A DNA stretch of 64,000 nt, taken from Gammaproteobacteria bacterium. GTDB taxonomy: Bacteria; Pseudomonadota; Gammaproteobacteria; UBA4575. The notes beneath the pieces are model-generated. The model ran no database searches and was not told where the DNA came from. It saw nothing but the letters and a program-made list of their open reading frames with translations. Where the stretch lies: assembly GCA_965222615.1 (NCBI GenBank), contig CBDCUI010000007.1, forward strand, positions 32,001 to 96,000, in the 5' to 3' direction. Shown here piece after piece: positions 18,148 through 28,503 of this stretch (position 1 is its first letter; each line of letters starts with the position of its first letter). Both the position numbers and the translations under genes were made by a program.

Positions 18148-19323
18148 GTGGATATCCATGAGTATCAAGCGAAAGAGCTATTGTCTGAATTTGGAGTGGG
18201 CATTGCGCCAGGGGGGCTAGCTTACAGCCCTGAACAAGCCGTTTACCGTGCTAAAGAAATTGGTGGCAATAAATGGGCAGTGAAGGCCCAAATTCATTCT
18301 GGTGCACGCGGCAAAGCCGGCGGTATTAAACTTTGCACCAATGATGAAGAAATTTGGCAAGCTGCAGATGAACTACTGGGCAAACGTCTGGTCACTCATC
18401 AGACCGGCCCTACAGGAAAAGTGGTTTATCGTCTATACGTTGAACAAGCAACCGATATAGAGAATGAAATTTATTTAGCACTTGTCCTTGACCGTAATAA
18501 ACAACGGGTTGTGATTGTTACATCTTCTGAAGGTGGCATGGATATTGAAGAAGTTGCCGCAACCAAGCCTGATTCCATTCACCGGCTAGAAGTTGAGCCA
18601 GCAGTGGGCTTACGCGATTTTCAAGCACGCGAACTCGCTTTCGCGCTTGGTATTAAACCTGAATTAATTAGCCAAGCCGTGCATTGTATTAAAGGTGCGT
18701 ATCGCGCATTTCGTGATTTAGACGCCACCATGGTTGAGATTAATCCTTTAGTCATTACTAAAGACAATCATGTCTTAGCTTTAGATGCAAAAATGGGTTT
18801 TGATGATAATGCCTTATTCCGTCGCCCTAATATCTCTGAATTACGTGATAAATCTCAAGAAGATCCGCGCGAAACGGCTGCATCCGATCGTGGCTTAAGT
18901 TACGTGGGCTTGGATGGCGACATCGGCTGCATGATTAATGGTGCCGGCTTGGCGATGGCTACCATGGATATGATCAAACACAAAGGTGGTGAGCCCGCAA
19001 ACTTTTTAGATATTGGTGGTGGTGCATCTCCAGATCGAGTTACCAAGGCATTTAAATTAGTGCTCGATGATGAAAACGTTAAAGCCATGCTAGTAAATAT
19101 CTTCGCAGGTATTAATCGTTGTGATTGGATTGCTGAAGGCGTAATACAAGCCTTCGGTAAACTAGATGTGAAGGTTCCGGTGGTAGTGCGCCTTTCTGGA
19201 ACCAATGTCGAAAAAGGCATGCAAATGCTAAAAGACAGTGGTTACCCCATTATTACGGCTGATACGTTAGCAGAAGCGGCAGAAAAAGTAGTCGGTGAAC
19301 GTAACCGCGTTGTCGGCTCATAA
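18148..19323 (+). CDS. mtkA: Malate--CoA ligase (malate thiokinase) beta subunit
   Basis: [50 protein letters not shown] (MtkA-type rather than SucC GGIVRCD); lies next to mcl. Confidence 0.9.
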   Translation: MDIHEYQAKELLSEFGVGIAPGGLAYSPEQAVYRAKEIGGNKWAVKAQIHSGARGKAGGIKLCTNDEEIWQAADELLGKRLVTHQTGPTGKVVYRLYVEQATDIENEIYLALVLDRNKQRVVIVTSSEGGMDIEEVAATKPDSIHRLEVEPAVGLRDFQARELAFALGIKPELISQAVHCIKGAYRAFRDLDATMVEINPLVITKDNHVLALDAKMGFDDNALFRRPNISELRDKSQEDPRETAASDRGLSYVGLDGDIGCMINGAGLAMATMDMIKHKGGEPANFLDIGGGASPDRVTKAFKLVLDDENVKAMLVNIFAGINRCDWIAEGVIQAFGKLDVKVPVVVRLSGTNVEKGMQMLKDSGYPIITADTLAEAAEKVVGERNRVVGS

Positions 19324-19396
19324 AGTTTAGAAGAACTGTCGCAGATAAAGTAAAAGTAAGAAAATTGCGCGCGTAAATTTCTAGGAGAATTCACAC

Positions 19397-20287
19397 ATGA
19401 CAATAATGATTGATGAAAATACTAAAGTTTTAGTACAAGGTTTTACAGGGAAAATCGGAACCTTCCATGCCGAAGAAATGCTTGAGTATGGTACTAAAGT
19501 TGTTGGTGGGGTAACGCCAGGCAAGGGTGGACAAACGCATATGGATTTACCTGTATTCAATACTATGAAAGAGGCCGTTGCGGAAACCGGAGCGGATGCC
19601 AGTATTGTATTTGTACCTGCGGCATTTGCTGCAGATGGTGTTATGGAAGCTGCGGATGCGGGAATTAAGACCTGTGTATGCATCACTGATGGTATCCCTG
19701 CACAAGACATGATGCGTGTGAAACGTTATATGTTCCGTTATAAAAGAGAAGATCGTATGCGCCTTACCGGACCCAACTGCGCCGGATCAATTAGTCCAGG
19801 AAAATGTTTACTCGGAATCATGCCCGGTCATATTTATATGCAAGGAAATGTGGGTGTCGTTGCCCGCTCCGGGACACTCGGTTATGAAGGGGCTTCGCAG
19901 ATGAAAGCCGCAGGAATTGGTATCACTACCAGCATTGGTATTGGTGGCGACCCGATTAATGGCTCGTCACATCGCGACATACTGGAGTTATTTGAAGCCG
20001 ATCCTGAAACTAAAGCCGTTTTAATGATTGGTGAAATCGGCGGCCCTCAAGAAGCGGAAGCTGCTGAATACTTTAAGCATCACATGAGCAAACCGTTAGT
20101 TGCTTACATTGCTGGCCTCACAGCACCGAAAGGTCGCCGTATGGGGCATGCGGGTGCAATTGTTTCTGGTAAAGGTGAAAGTGCAGCAGAAAAAGTGGAA
20201 ATGTTAAAAGAGGCCGGCGTGACCGTTGCCCCTAATCCATCTGAATTAGGCTCAACCATGGAACGAGTAATGAAAGAAGTTGCTTAG
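19397..20287 (+). CDS. mtkB: Malate--CoA ligase alpha subunit
   Basis: QGFTGKIGTFH, TDGIPAQDMMRVKRYM, GPNCAG, RRMGHAGAI phospho-His motif. Confidence 0.9.
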   Translation: MTIMIDENTKVLVQGFTGKIGTFHAEEMLEYGTKVVGGVTPGKGGQTHMDLPVFNTMKEAVAETGADASIVFVPAAFAADGVMEAADAGIKTCVCITDGIPAQDMMRVKRYMFRYKREDRMRLTGPNCAGSISPGKCLLGIMPGHIYMQGNVGVVARSGTLGYEGASQMKAAGIGITTSIGIGGDPINGSSHRDILELFEADPETKAVLMIGEIGGPQEAEAAEYFKHHMSKPLVAYIAGLTAPKGRRMGHAGAIVSGKGESAAEKVEMLKEAGVTVAPNPSELGSTMERVMKEVA

Positions 20288-20316
20288 GCGATAATTAGAT
20301 CTAGGAGATAACAAAA

Positions 20317-21288
20317 ATGAGCAAGCTAAAAGTCATCGTCTCACGAGCCTGGCCTAAGGAGGTTGAAGCAACATTAAAAGAAAAGTATGACGTGCAACTT
20401 AATGAAAATGACGTTGCTATGACTAAAGATGAAATGAAAAATGCTTTAGGAAATTGTGATGCTTTTCTACCGACTGTAACTGATCCAGTGGATGCAGAAG
20501 TATTAAGTGCGGAACCCTTACGTGCAAAATTTATCGGTAATTTTGGAGTTGGTTTTAACCACATCGATTTAGATGCTGCGAAAGCACGAGGTCTTACTGT
20601 TACCAACACACCAGAAGTACTAACTGACTGCACTGCAGATATTGCAATGACCTTATTGCTAACTGCTGCACGCCGTACTAGCGAAGGTGAACGTCATTTA
20701 CGTTCAAATTCATGGACGGGTTGGCGACCTACCCATATGTTAGCAACTAAAGTCACCGGTAAGACATTAGGACTTATTGGAATGGGGCGTATTGCTCAGG
20801 CCATGGCGCAACGCGCGCATTTTGGATTTGGAATGAAAATAATTTTTTCGGATCCATACCCTCCTCCCGCCGAAGTAATTAAAAAGTTTAATGCGCAACA
20901 ATGTGATTCCATTGATGAAGTACTGGCTAACTCAGATTTTGTTTCCATTCATTGCCCTGGCGGCAAGGACACCTACCACTTATTAAGTGAAGAAAATCTT
21001 GCCAAAATGAAATCTACTGCTTTTTTAATAAATTCAGCTCGCGGCGATGTCGTTGACAACGAGGCCTTAATTGACGCACTTAAGAACGGGGTAATCGCCG
21101 GTGCAGGTTTAGATGTATTTGAAGGTGAGCCAAACTTGGATGAACGCTTTATTGAGCTTGAAAATGCTGTGTTACTGCCGCATCTTGGAAGTGCCTCAAC
21201 TGAAACTCGTGTGGCCATGGGAAATCGAGTGTTGGAGAACCTAGCAGCATTTGAAGCAGGCGAAACCCCAAGAGACAAACTCGTTTAA
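20317..21288 (+). CDS. hprA: D-glycerate dehydrogenase / hydroxypyruvate reductase (D-2-hydroxyacid dehydrogenase family)
   Basis: NFGVGFNHID, GLIGMGRIA, INSARG, GLDVFEGEP, LPHLGSAS; substrate inferred from the serine-cycle context. Confidence 0.75.
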   Translation: MSKLKVIVSRAWPKEVEATLKEKYDVQLNENDVAMTKDEMKNALGNCDAFLPTVTDPVDAEVLSAEPLRAKFIGNFGVGFNHIDLDAAKARGLTVTNTPEVLTDCTADIAMTLLLTAARRTSEGERHLRSNSWTGWRPTHMLATKVTGKTLGLIGMGRIAQAMAQRAHFGFGMKIIFSDPYPPPAEVIKKFNAQQCDSIDEVLANSDFVSIHCPGGKDTYHLLSEENLAKMKSTAFLINSARGDVVDNEALIDALKNGVIAGAGLDVFEGEPNLDERFIELENAVLLPHLGSASTETRVAMGNRVLENLAAFEAGETPRDKLV

Positions 21289-21417
21289 GCCCAGAAATGG
21301 GCTAAATATGCTCGTTTCGGGCATTCCAAAACTGCCTTACTCCCCCTATGATGGAAGGGGTCCAGTTATGGGCTCCTTCACACTACTCGACTAAAATTTA
21401 ATTAGACTATCGATAAT

Positions 21418-24192
21418 ATGAATGACTCTTCTCCACTTTCTTGGACACAACTGACTAGAGTTGCTACGGGTCGCACAATCATCGATCCGTCTGCTAGTTA
21501 TGAAGACGGCCTCGTAGAGCTTCTTTATCAGCAATTTTTAAGTGTTATCCGCACTCGTCAACCGGATATCGAGGCGTACTTGGAAGATGAGAAAGATATT
21601 CGTGACGTTACTGAATCACAAGCTTTATATGTACTTGAAGCTTATGGAATCTGGTATCAGCTTCTTAGCATTGCCGAACAAAACGCAATGGTGCAGCAAC
21701 GACGCCAAATTGAAAAAGAATACAGTCGCGATCGTGTACCAGGTACATTTGCTTATACTTTTTCTACGGCGGCACAACGTGGCACTCAAGCACAAGAAAT
21801 TCAAAAAATTCTGAACTATAGCTTCATTTGTCCAGTAATCACTGCACATCCAACCGAAGCCAAGCGTGTAACCGTTTTAGAAATTCACCGCCGCATTTAT
21901 GTTTTACTCAAACAACTAGAGCTTGAGCGTTGGACACCACGAGAACGTGACGACTTAGCACATGAATTGCGTAACGAAATCGACCTGCTTTGGTTAACCG
22001 GTGAAATCCGTCTGGAAAAACCCACGGTTGCACAAGAAGTAGCCTGGGGATTACATTTCTTTACCGAATCACTATTTGATGGCGTAATGCAACTCTATGC
22101 GAGATTTGACCGAGCCTTAGAACAAGCTTATCCACATTTCGACTTTGAAGTACCACCACTATTTCGCTTTGGCACATGGATTGGTGGTGACCGTGACGGG
22201 AACCCAAACGTCACAGCCAAAGTTACTGCCTCTGCTATCCATGCTAACGCGAAGGCTTGCATAAAACGCTATCGGCAAAATATTTATGAGCTTGGTGCAA
22301 AATTAAGCATTGCCAGTCACTCAGTTACTATTCCTGAAAATTTTATGCAGGCATTGCAAAAGAAATTAGAATTCCATAGCAAAGCAGAAACATTTTCAAA
22401 ACGTAATCCAGGAGAAGTGTTTCGCCAGTACTTACGGTGCATATTATTAAGTATTGATGCTACATTAAATAATCTAGATAACCCTAACAAATCCACTATT
22501 GCTTATAAGCGCGCAGCAGACCTAGTAGCAGACCTGAAAACACTTGAGCAAGGTTTAGTTGAAGCCAAATGTGAACACTTAGCAGCAAAGGATGTACGTC
22601 CTTTACGTCACATGGTGGATACCTTTGGTTTTCGTACAGCAAGCTTAGATCTACGTGAAAATACTACCGTTACAAATAGTGTACTTGCAGAAATTTGGCA
22701 AGTATTACATCAAAAAACTCACTTAGATCTTCCAGACTTTAAGTCCAACGAATGGAAAGAATGGATTTTACGCGAGCTAATGCAACCACTACGGGTAGTG
22801 CCACGAATTGACTATTTATCAGAACAAGCCCAATCCACATTAGCGATGCTTGAACAAGTTAAACATTATCAACGCAAGTTAGATCCAAAAACCTTCGGTG
22901 TTATTGTATTAAGCATGACCCAGACTTCGGCAGATGTGCTCGGTGTCTATTTGTTAGCAAAATATGTAGGTCTATTCACAGATGCAGATGGATTAGAAGC
23001 GTGTCGAATTTTAGTGGTGCCCTTATTAGAAACGATTGAAGATCTGGAGAATGGACCTAATATCTTGCAAGAATTACTAGATCACGCTTTTGTTCGACGT
23101 ACGATTCGAAAACATGGTGGCTGCCAGGAAATTATGGTCGGCTATTCTGATTCAAATAAAGACGGTGGGTTTCTTACTTCAAATTGGATCATTAGCAAAG
23201 CGCAATCTCAAATTCATGAAGCTGGCAAAAAATTAAATACACCTGTTTCTTTTTTCCATGGCCGTGGCGGTTCTGTTAGTCGTGGTGGTGCACCCAGCGG
23301 TCGTGCAATTGCTGCCCAACCTGTAGGTACCATCGATGGGCGTATGCGGGTCACAGAACAAGGTGAAGTGGTTTCTTATAAATACGCTAACCGTGGCTTT
23401 GCCGAAGAGCAAATGGAAATCATTGCCGCAAGCGTTTTGACTCATACACTGATGTCAGGGAATGATCCTGCTTATCAAGTGAATGCGGAATTAGATGAAG
23501 CAATGGAAGCGCTCTCTGGTACTGCCTATGTTACCTATAGAAAATTTATCGAATCTCCAGGCTTAGTCGAGTTCTATCAGCAAGCTAGTCCGGTAGAAGA
23601 ATTAGCGTTAATGAAAATTGGCTCCCGCCCGGCACGTAGATTTGGCGCAGCAACATTAGAAGATTTGCGAGCAATACCTTGGGTATTTGCATGGACACAG
23701 AATCGCATTTTAGTACCAGGTTGGTATGGTGTTGGCAGCAGCTTTGAACAGCTTATTAGTATACGTGGGGAATTTGGTAAAGATCTTTTACAACAGTTAT
23801 ATGAAAAACATTCACTGTTTAAATTAATTTTAGACGGTGTCGAAAAAACACTTTTGCTTGTTGATATGGAAGTTGCAGAAAAATACTCAGCGCTCGTTAC
23901 TAACACAGATTTTAGAGAAAACATTTTCTCTAGCATAAAAAATGAATACGAACTAACGACAAAAATGGTTTTGCAAATAACTGGAGAAGATCAGCTATGC
24001 GATCGATTTCCTAACTTTAAGCGACACTTTTACAGACGAAGTGATTCGTTAAACCAAGTAGGCATTGAGCAAGTTGAACTAATAAAAAAGTTTCGTGACG
24101 ATGAACCAAATGAAAAAAATATACAAGACGTATTGATTCCTCTGCTTTTATCCATCAACTGTGTAGCGGCAGGAATTGGAAGCACAGGTTAA
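21418..24192 (+). CDS. ppc: Phosphoenolpyruvate carboxylase
   Basis: TAHPTE, WIGGDRDGNP, MVGYSDSNKDGG, FHGRGGSVSRGG, RAIPWVFAWTQ. Confidence 0.96.
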   Translation: MNDSSPLSWTQLTRVATGRTIIDPSASYEDGLVELLYQQFLSVIRTRQPDIEAYLEDEKDIRDVTESQALYVLEAYGIWYQLLSIAEQNAMVQQRRQIEKEYSRDRVPGTFAYTFSTAAQRGTQAQEIQKILNYSFICPVITAHPTEAKRVTVLEIHRRIYVLLKQLELERWTPRERDDLAHELRNEIDLLWLTGEIRLEKPTVAQEVAWGLHFFTESLFDGVMQLYARFDRALEQAYPHFDFEVPPLFRFGTWIGGDRDGNPNVTAKVTASAIHANAKACIKRYRQNIYELGAKLSIASHSVTIPENFMQALQKKLEFHSKAETFSKRNPGEVFRQYLRCILLSIDATLNNLDNPNKSTIAYKRAADLVADLKTLEQGLVEAKCEHLAAKDVRPLRHMVDTFGFRTASLDLRENTTVTNSVLAEIWQVLHQKTHLDLPDFKSNEWKEWILRELMQPLRVVPRIDYLSEQAQSTLAMLEQVKHYQRKLDPKTFGVIVLSMTQTSADVLGVYLLAKYVGLFTDADGLEACRILVVPLLETIEDLENGPNILQELLDHAFVRRTIRKHGGCQEIMVGYSDSNKDGGFLTSNWIISKAQSQIHEAGKKLNTPVSFFHGRGGSVSRGGAPSGRAIAAQPVGTIDGRMRVTEQGEVVSYKYANRGFAEEQMEIIAASVLTHTLMSGNDPAYQVNAELDEAMEALSGTAYVTYRKFIESPGLVEFYQQASPVEELALMKIGSRPARRFGAATLEDLRAIPWVFAWTQNRILVPGWYGVGSSFEQLISIRGEFGKDLLQQLYEKHSLFKLILDGVEKTLLLVDMEVAEKYSALVTNTDFRENIFSSIKNEYELTTKMVLQITGEDQLCDRFPNFKRHFYRRSDSLNQVGIEQVELIKKFRDDEPNEKNIQDVLIPLLLSINCVAAGIGSTG

Positions 24193-24212
24193 ATTTTACA
24201 AAAAAAATATTT

Positions 24213-25070
24213 ATGAAAAAACTTTTATACCATTTTGATACGGATCCAATCCCAAGTGTATTTGACTCCGTGGTAGCTTACGATGGTGGCGCAGATCACG
24301 TCACTCAACTTAGTGGTGTAAATGCAGAAAATTGCAGCGGCTTAGTTGAAGGAGCAATTTATACACGCGCACCTAAAGACAAGAAAAACACTGCTATTTT
24401 CATCGGCGGCAGTGATTTAATCGCAGGACAAAACCTTTTTAAAGTAGTGCAAAGTCAGTTTTTTCAAAAATTCAGTGTATCGGTAATGCTAGATAGTAAT
24501 GGTTGTAATACCACTGCAGCTGCTGGTGTAGCACTGTTAAATAATGCATCATCATTAGCAGGAAAAATTGCCGTGGTCCTTGCTGGAACCGGACCCGTTG
24601 GTCAACGAGCAGCTGTTTTGCTTGCTAAAAGTGGCGCTGAAGTACGCTTGACTTCACGAAAACAATCTCGGTCCGTTGAGGCATGTGACGAAATGAAAGA
24701 TAGATTTGGAGTTGACATGATTCCAATGCATGCAAGCGATACAGACTCAACAAACCAAGCACTGGATGGGGCTCATGTTGTATTTGCTGCCGCTAAAGCA
24801 GGCATTCAGTTACTTAATGCAGAACAATGGCAAAAGCACTCATCGCTTGAACTCATGGCAGATGTTGGCACCGCACAAACATTAGGCTTTGAAGGCATTG
24901 ATATGATGGACAAGGATACGATTCGACACGGCAAGAGAATATTTGGCGGCATTGGCATTGGTGCCTTAAAACTTAAATTACATCGTGCATGTATTGCTAA
25001 GCTATTTGAATCCAATGACCAGGTTCTCGATGCCGAGACAATTTACAGTATTGCTCAAAAAATGGTGTAG
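24213..25070 (+). CDS. mtdA: NADP-dependent methylene-H4MPT/methylene-H4F dehydrogenase
   Basis: MKKLLYHFDTDPIPSVFDSVVAYDGGADH, TAIFIGG, VMLDSNGCNTTAAAGV, GTGPVGQRAA, KLKLHRACIAKLF. Confidence 0.92.
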   Translation: MKKLLYHFDTDPIPSVFDSVVAYDGGADHVTQLSGVNAENCSGLVEGAIYTRAPKDKKNTAIFIGGSDLIAGQNLFKVVQSQFFQKFSVSVMLDSNGCNTTAAAGVALLNNASSLAGKIAVVLAGTGPVGQRAAVLLAKSGAEVRLTSRKQSRSVEACDEMKDRFGVDMIPMHASDTDSTNQALDGAHVVFAAAKAGIQLLNAEQWQKHSSLELMADVGTAQTLGFEGIDMMDKDTIRHGKRIFGGIGIGALKLKLHRACIAKLFESNDQVLDAETIYSIAQKMV

Positions 25071-25081
25071 TTAGTTTTTTA

Positions 25082-26239
25082 ATGAAAGCTTCACCAAAAC
25101 TGCTTGAAATGATTGAGCAGCTAATTTCAATTCCATCGGTAAGCAGCACTCAAGCAGAATTTGACACCAGCAATCAAGCAATAATCGATTGCCTAGCAAA
25201 CTGGTTAAATGACCTAGGCTTTCAAACCGAAATCATTCCAAGTTCTAAAGACAAAAGCAACTTAATTGCATGGATTGGCCCAGAAGATACTAAGGGAGAC
25301 GATGGGCTTGTACTATCAGGGCATACAGATACCGTTAACTATGACCAAATAGGCTGGCATAGCGATCCCTTTAAGGCCACTCATACCGATGACAAGTTAT
25401 ATGGGCTTGGCGCTGCCGATATGAAGTCATTTTTAGCAATAGCGATTGAAGCTGCGAAGGAATTTATCAATCAAGATCTCAAACAGCGCCTAACCATTGT
25501 TGCTACAGCTGACGAGGAATGCACCATGCAAGGTGCCCGCACCCTCTTTGAACGAGGCAAAAAACTCGGACGCTATTGCATCATTGGTGAACCTACTGAG
25601 CTAACTCCAGTAAATCAACACAAAGGCGTATTCATGGAATCCATTCATCTGCATGGACAAGCAGGACATTCGAGCAATCCAAGTCTAGGCGTTAATGCCT
25701 TAGATGGCATGCGCGCTGTGTTAAATGAGCTGGAACTATTTAAACAAGGGCTTGCAAATAAATACACCAATCATGATTTTATCGTGCCCGTTCCAACACT
25801 AAATCTTGGACATATACATGGTGGGGATAATCCAAATCGAATTTGTGCTGAATGTGAGCTACATATTGATGTACGTCCTTTACCCGGCATGCAAATCGCC
25901 ACCATTCGCAACGAGATCCATGAACGAGTAAGTAAGATTGCTAGTGAACTTGAATTGCGTTGCGAATTCACGTCTTTATTTGAAGGGGTCCCGTCTTTTA
26001 AAACACCGAGTAATTCAAAAATTGTAGAACTAGCTAAACAACTAACAGGAAAACCGGAACAAGCCGTAGCATTTGGAACTGAAGGCCCTTTTTTTAATGC
26101 CATGGGAATGGAAACCGTAATACTAGGACCTGGTTCGATTAATCAAGCTCATCAACCCAATGAATACCTGTCATTATCCATGCTCGATCCTACGATTAAA
26201 TTATTACGCAATGTGATTCGTTCAGTTTGCATAGAATAA
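25082..26239 (+). CDS. argE: Acetylornithine deacetylase
   Basis: LSGHTDTV, GAADMKSF, ADEEC, IIGEPT, GGDNPNRIC, AHQPNE. Confidence 0.93.
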   Translation: MKASPKLLEMIEQLISIPSVSSTQAEFDTSNQAIIDCLANWLNDLGFQTEIIPSSKDKSNLIAWIGPEDTKGDDGLVLSGHTDTVNYDQIGWHSDPFKATHTDDKLYGLGAADMKSFLAIAIEAAKEFINQDLKQRLTIVATADEECTMQGARTLFERGKKLGRYCIIGEPTELTPVNQHKGVFMESIHLHGQAGHSSNPSLGVNALDGMRAVLNELELFKQGLANKYTNHDFIVPVPTLNLGHIHGGDNPNRICAECELHIDVRPLPGMQIATIRNEIHERVSKIASELELRCEFTSLFEGVPSFKTPSNSKIVELAKQLTGKPEQAVAFGTEGPFFNAMGMETVILGPGSINQAHQPNEYLSLSMLDPTIKLLRNVIRSVCIE

Positions 26240-26450
26240 TTTTATACTAGAGCGTTTACCCGCTTATCTTCTTTGCATCTCTTTTAATCTAGTTTTTGAT
26301 ACCAATAAAGTATTACTTTTCATATATTTGGGCTTGATTGAACACAATCTTTTTCACAAGGATAATGAACTAATAGCAAAGGAATTGGGCATTTCTGCTC
26401 ATTTAGAAAACGTGTCATTATTAACGGTTGAAAATAGTTGAGGAGGATTG

Positions 26451-27026
26451 ATGGAAAGCCTAATCGATGAACTTCATAACGACCATATCAAGTGTAATAA
26501 CGTCTTAGATTTGCTTGCTGAACAGCTCAATAAAATTCATAACGGAAAATCTGCAGATTATCGCTTAATGTTAGACGCGGTAAGTTATTTAGAAACCAAT
26601 CTAGAATACGCGCTTATTCCCAAAGAAGATGTGATTTTTAAAGAATCAACTGAAAATTATGATATCGAAGAATTAAATGACACTATCCAGCAATTTCGCT
26701 CAGAAAATCACGAAATCATGGTTTTAATTCATAATTTACGCAACTATATTGATGCCGCTTTAGAAGACAGTATTTTTGAAAAAAAACCTTTCGAACGACA
26801 ACTAGAAAAATGTATCCAACGACAGCGGGAACATATGAATACGGAGGAAAATATTATCTTTCCACTTTTGAGAAAAATAATGTCAGAGGAACAACTTAAA
26901 AAAATCAGTACAGATTTTGAATCCCAAACAAATATCATGAGTTCTGATAATACATCATACAAGTATACCGAATTTTATCATCGCATTACCGACAACTCAG
27001 ATCCAAACATACATAAGGCACATTGA
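26451..27026 (+). CDS. Hemerythrin-like (HHE) domain protein with degenerate metal ligands
   Basis: LHNDH, PKEDVIF, EHMNTEENIIFP; GAGGAGG RBS. Confidence 0.7.
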   Translation: MESLIDELHNDHIKCNNVLDLLAEQLNKIHNGKSADYRLMLDAVSYLETNLEYALIPKEDVIFKESTENYDIEELNDTIQQFRSENHEIMVLIHNLRNYIDAALEDSIFEKKPFERQLEKCIQRQREHMNTEENIIFPLLRKIMSEEQLKKISTDFESQTNIMSSDNTSYKYTEFYHRITDNSDPNIHKAH

Positions 27027-27130
27027 TATTATACTTTTTGAAAACTGCTCAAGGATATGGGCTTATTGAGTAGATACAAAGCCTCATGCAAAAATTACTA
27101 AAGCCAGTTTGCACACCATAAACTGGACAA

Positions 27131-27157
27131 AAAAAGCGGCATTAAATGCCGCTTTTT
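27131..27157. terminator. Bidirectional intrinsic terminator
   Basis: AAAAAGCGGCAT-TAA-ATGCCGCTTTTT between convergent genes. Confidence 0.85.
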
Positions 27158-27173
27158 ACTTAACAAAACATCT

Positions 27174-27563
27174 TTATTTTTTTTTCTTTTTAAATCGCTC
27201 AAAGCGCAATTTATAAATATTGCCTTGTGGCACCGCATCTTCTTCCACAATCAAGTCGTGTGACTTTTTCTTGTCTTCACGTGTAGATAATATGCGCGCT
27301 TCCTCCTCGTCTTGACATGCTATCGGGTCATAATCCTGGTTGCGATAGTCTTCAGGTTCACATTTTCTAAATCCAGGAAATACTTTCGACTCATAGATGG
27401 TAATAGTCTCCATTTCAGTAGCTTGCTGTTTACTGGTTTCCCTATTTGCAGCTGGTGCATCTAAAACAATTTCTGGAGGCTCTTGTACATCACTGACTTC
27501 TTCAGCAAATACACAGCCAGGCCAATATATAATAACTAACAGTACACTAACAAATCTCTTCAT
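27174..27563 (-). CDS. Hypothetical exported protein
   Basis: Signal peptide (MKRFVSVLL...VFA), AAGGAG RBS, acidic body with two Cys, poly-Lys end. Confidence 0.6.
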   Translation of the reverse strand: MKRFVSVLLVIIYWPGCVFAEEVSDVQEPPEIVLDAPAANRETSKQQATEMETITIYESKVFPGFRKCEPEDYRNQDYDPIACQDEEEARILSTREDKKKSHDLIVEEDAVPQGNIYKLRFERFKKKKK

Positions 27564-27627
27564 ACCCAACTCCTTTACTTTCTACAAGATTAAGCATATA
27601 TGTATAACCTTAATACAAGCTTAGTCT

Positions 27628-28323
27628 CTATAACTCTGCATGTTTTCGCTTAGAAATTTCTTTATCAATTAATGCAATGGCTTTTTCTAGCTCATCAGCC
27701 GAATAAATATTTTGTATCAGATATTTATCATGTTCGACTTTTGCATACGATTCATCTAATTCTTCACGATATCGGCCCATGACGGTATTTGGATCTTTCA
27801 AGTCAGCAAGTATACGCTTATGAAATTCAGGGTTTTCATTAAATTTAAACATCATAGACATATAGACCGCTGAAAATCGAAAATCATACGATTTATAGTC
27901 ATCTAATGAACTCACATTTTTACGTGCATTGCGTATATCTACATCAAATGTATTACTATAACCAAGTAACTGATCGCGAAATTCGCCTTGAATTTGATAA
28001 TTCTCAACTAATTTGGGAATTACATGCACAATATTCAATCGCTTATCATCGTGTGCAAGAATAGTTTCAAGAAGCTTTTGTTTGGCTACCTCAGGATCAT
28101 CATTTGCTTCTCGAATACGTTTCAAATCACGCTCGCGTTGTGCTTTCTCCACTTGTAATTGCTCCAAACTCAATGTATCCATATTTTCCGGAGGCTTATA
28201 AAGCACCTCAACACGGTCCAGAATTGGTGATTTGATGGTTTCACCACCAGCCCAACATAGTGAACCCACAGCGACCACCACAACGACTACTAAGCCCTTG
28301 AAAATAAGCTGATTTCTTCGCAT
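27628..28323 (-). CDS. Hypothetical exported helical/coiled-coil protein
   Basis: Long ORF with hydrophobic N-terminus; ATG at 28323 follows AAGGA (ORF track start 28359). Confidence 0.65.
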   Translation of the reverse strand: MRRNQLIFKGLVVVVVVAVGSLCWAGGETIKSPILDRVEVLYKPPENMDTLSLEQLQVEKAQRERDLKRIREANDDPEVAKQKLLETILAHDDKRLNIVHVIPKLVENYQIQGEFRDQLLGYSNTFDVDIRNARKNVSSLDDYKSYDFRFSAVYMSMMFKFNENPEFHKRILADLKDPNTVMGRYREELDESYAKVEHDKYLIQNIYSADELEKAIALIDKEISKRKHAEL

Positions 28324-28503
28324 TCCTTGTTCCTTATGTATAAAATTCCACCAGTTCATTCATTGGTACTATCTAATGGTTTAAATCAAATTCATATTAT
28401 ATGGCTCTGATGACCACTAAGATAGCAAAGATTAAATAAAATAATTTATTAATTTTTCATTAACTTATCTCATAAAAACCGAACCAAACCAAATTTACCA
28501 CTA

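Noticed and set aside
18148-20287. Succinyl-CoA synthetase sucCD
   Set aside because: MtkA/MtkB-type residues ([18 protein letters not shown]) and the position between mcl and hpr/ppc favour malate thiokinase
21289-21400. Three small hairpins between hpr and ppc as a riboswitch
   Set aside because: Short stems with no match to a motif I recognise; may be a terminator or a decayed repeat
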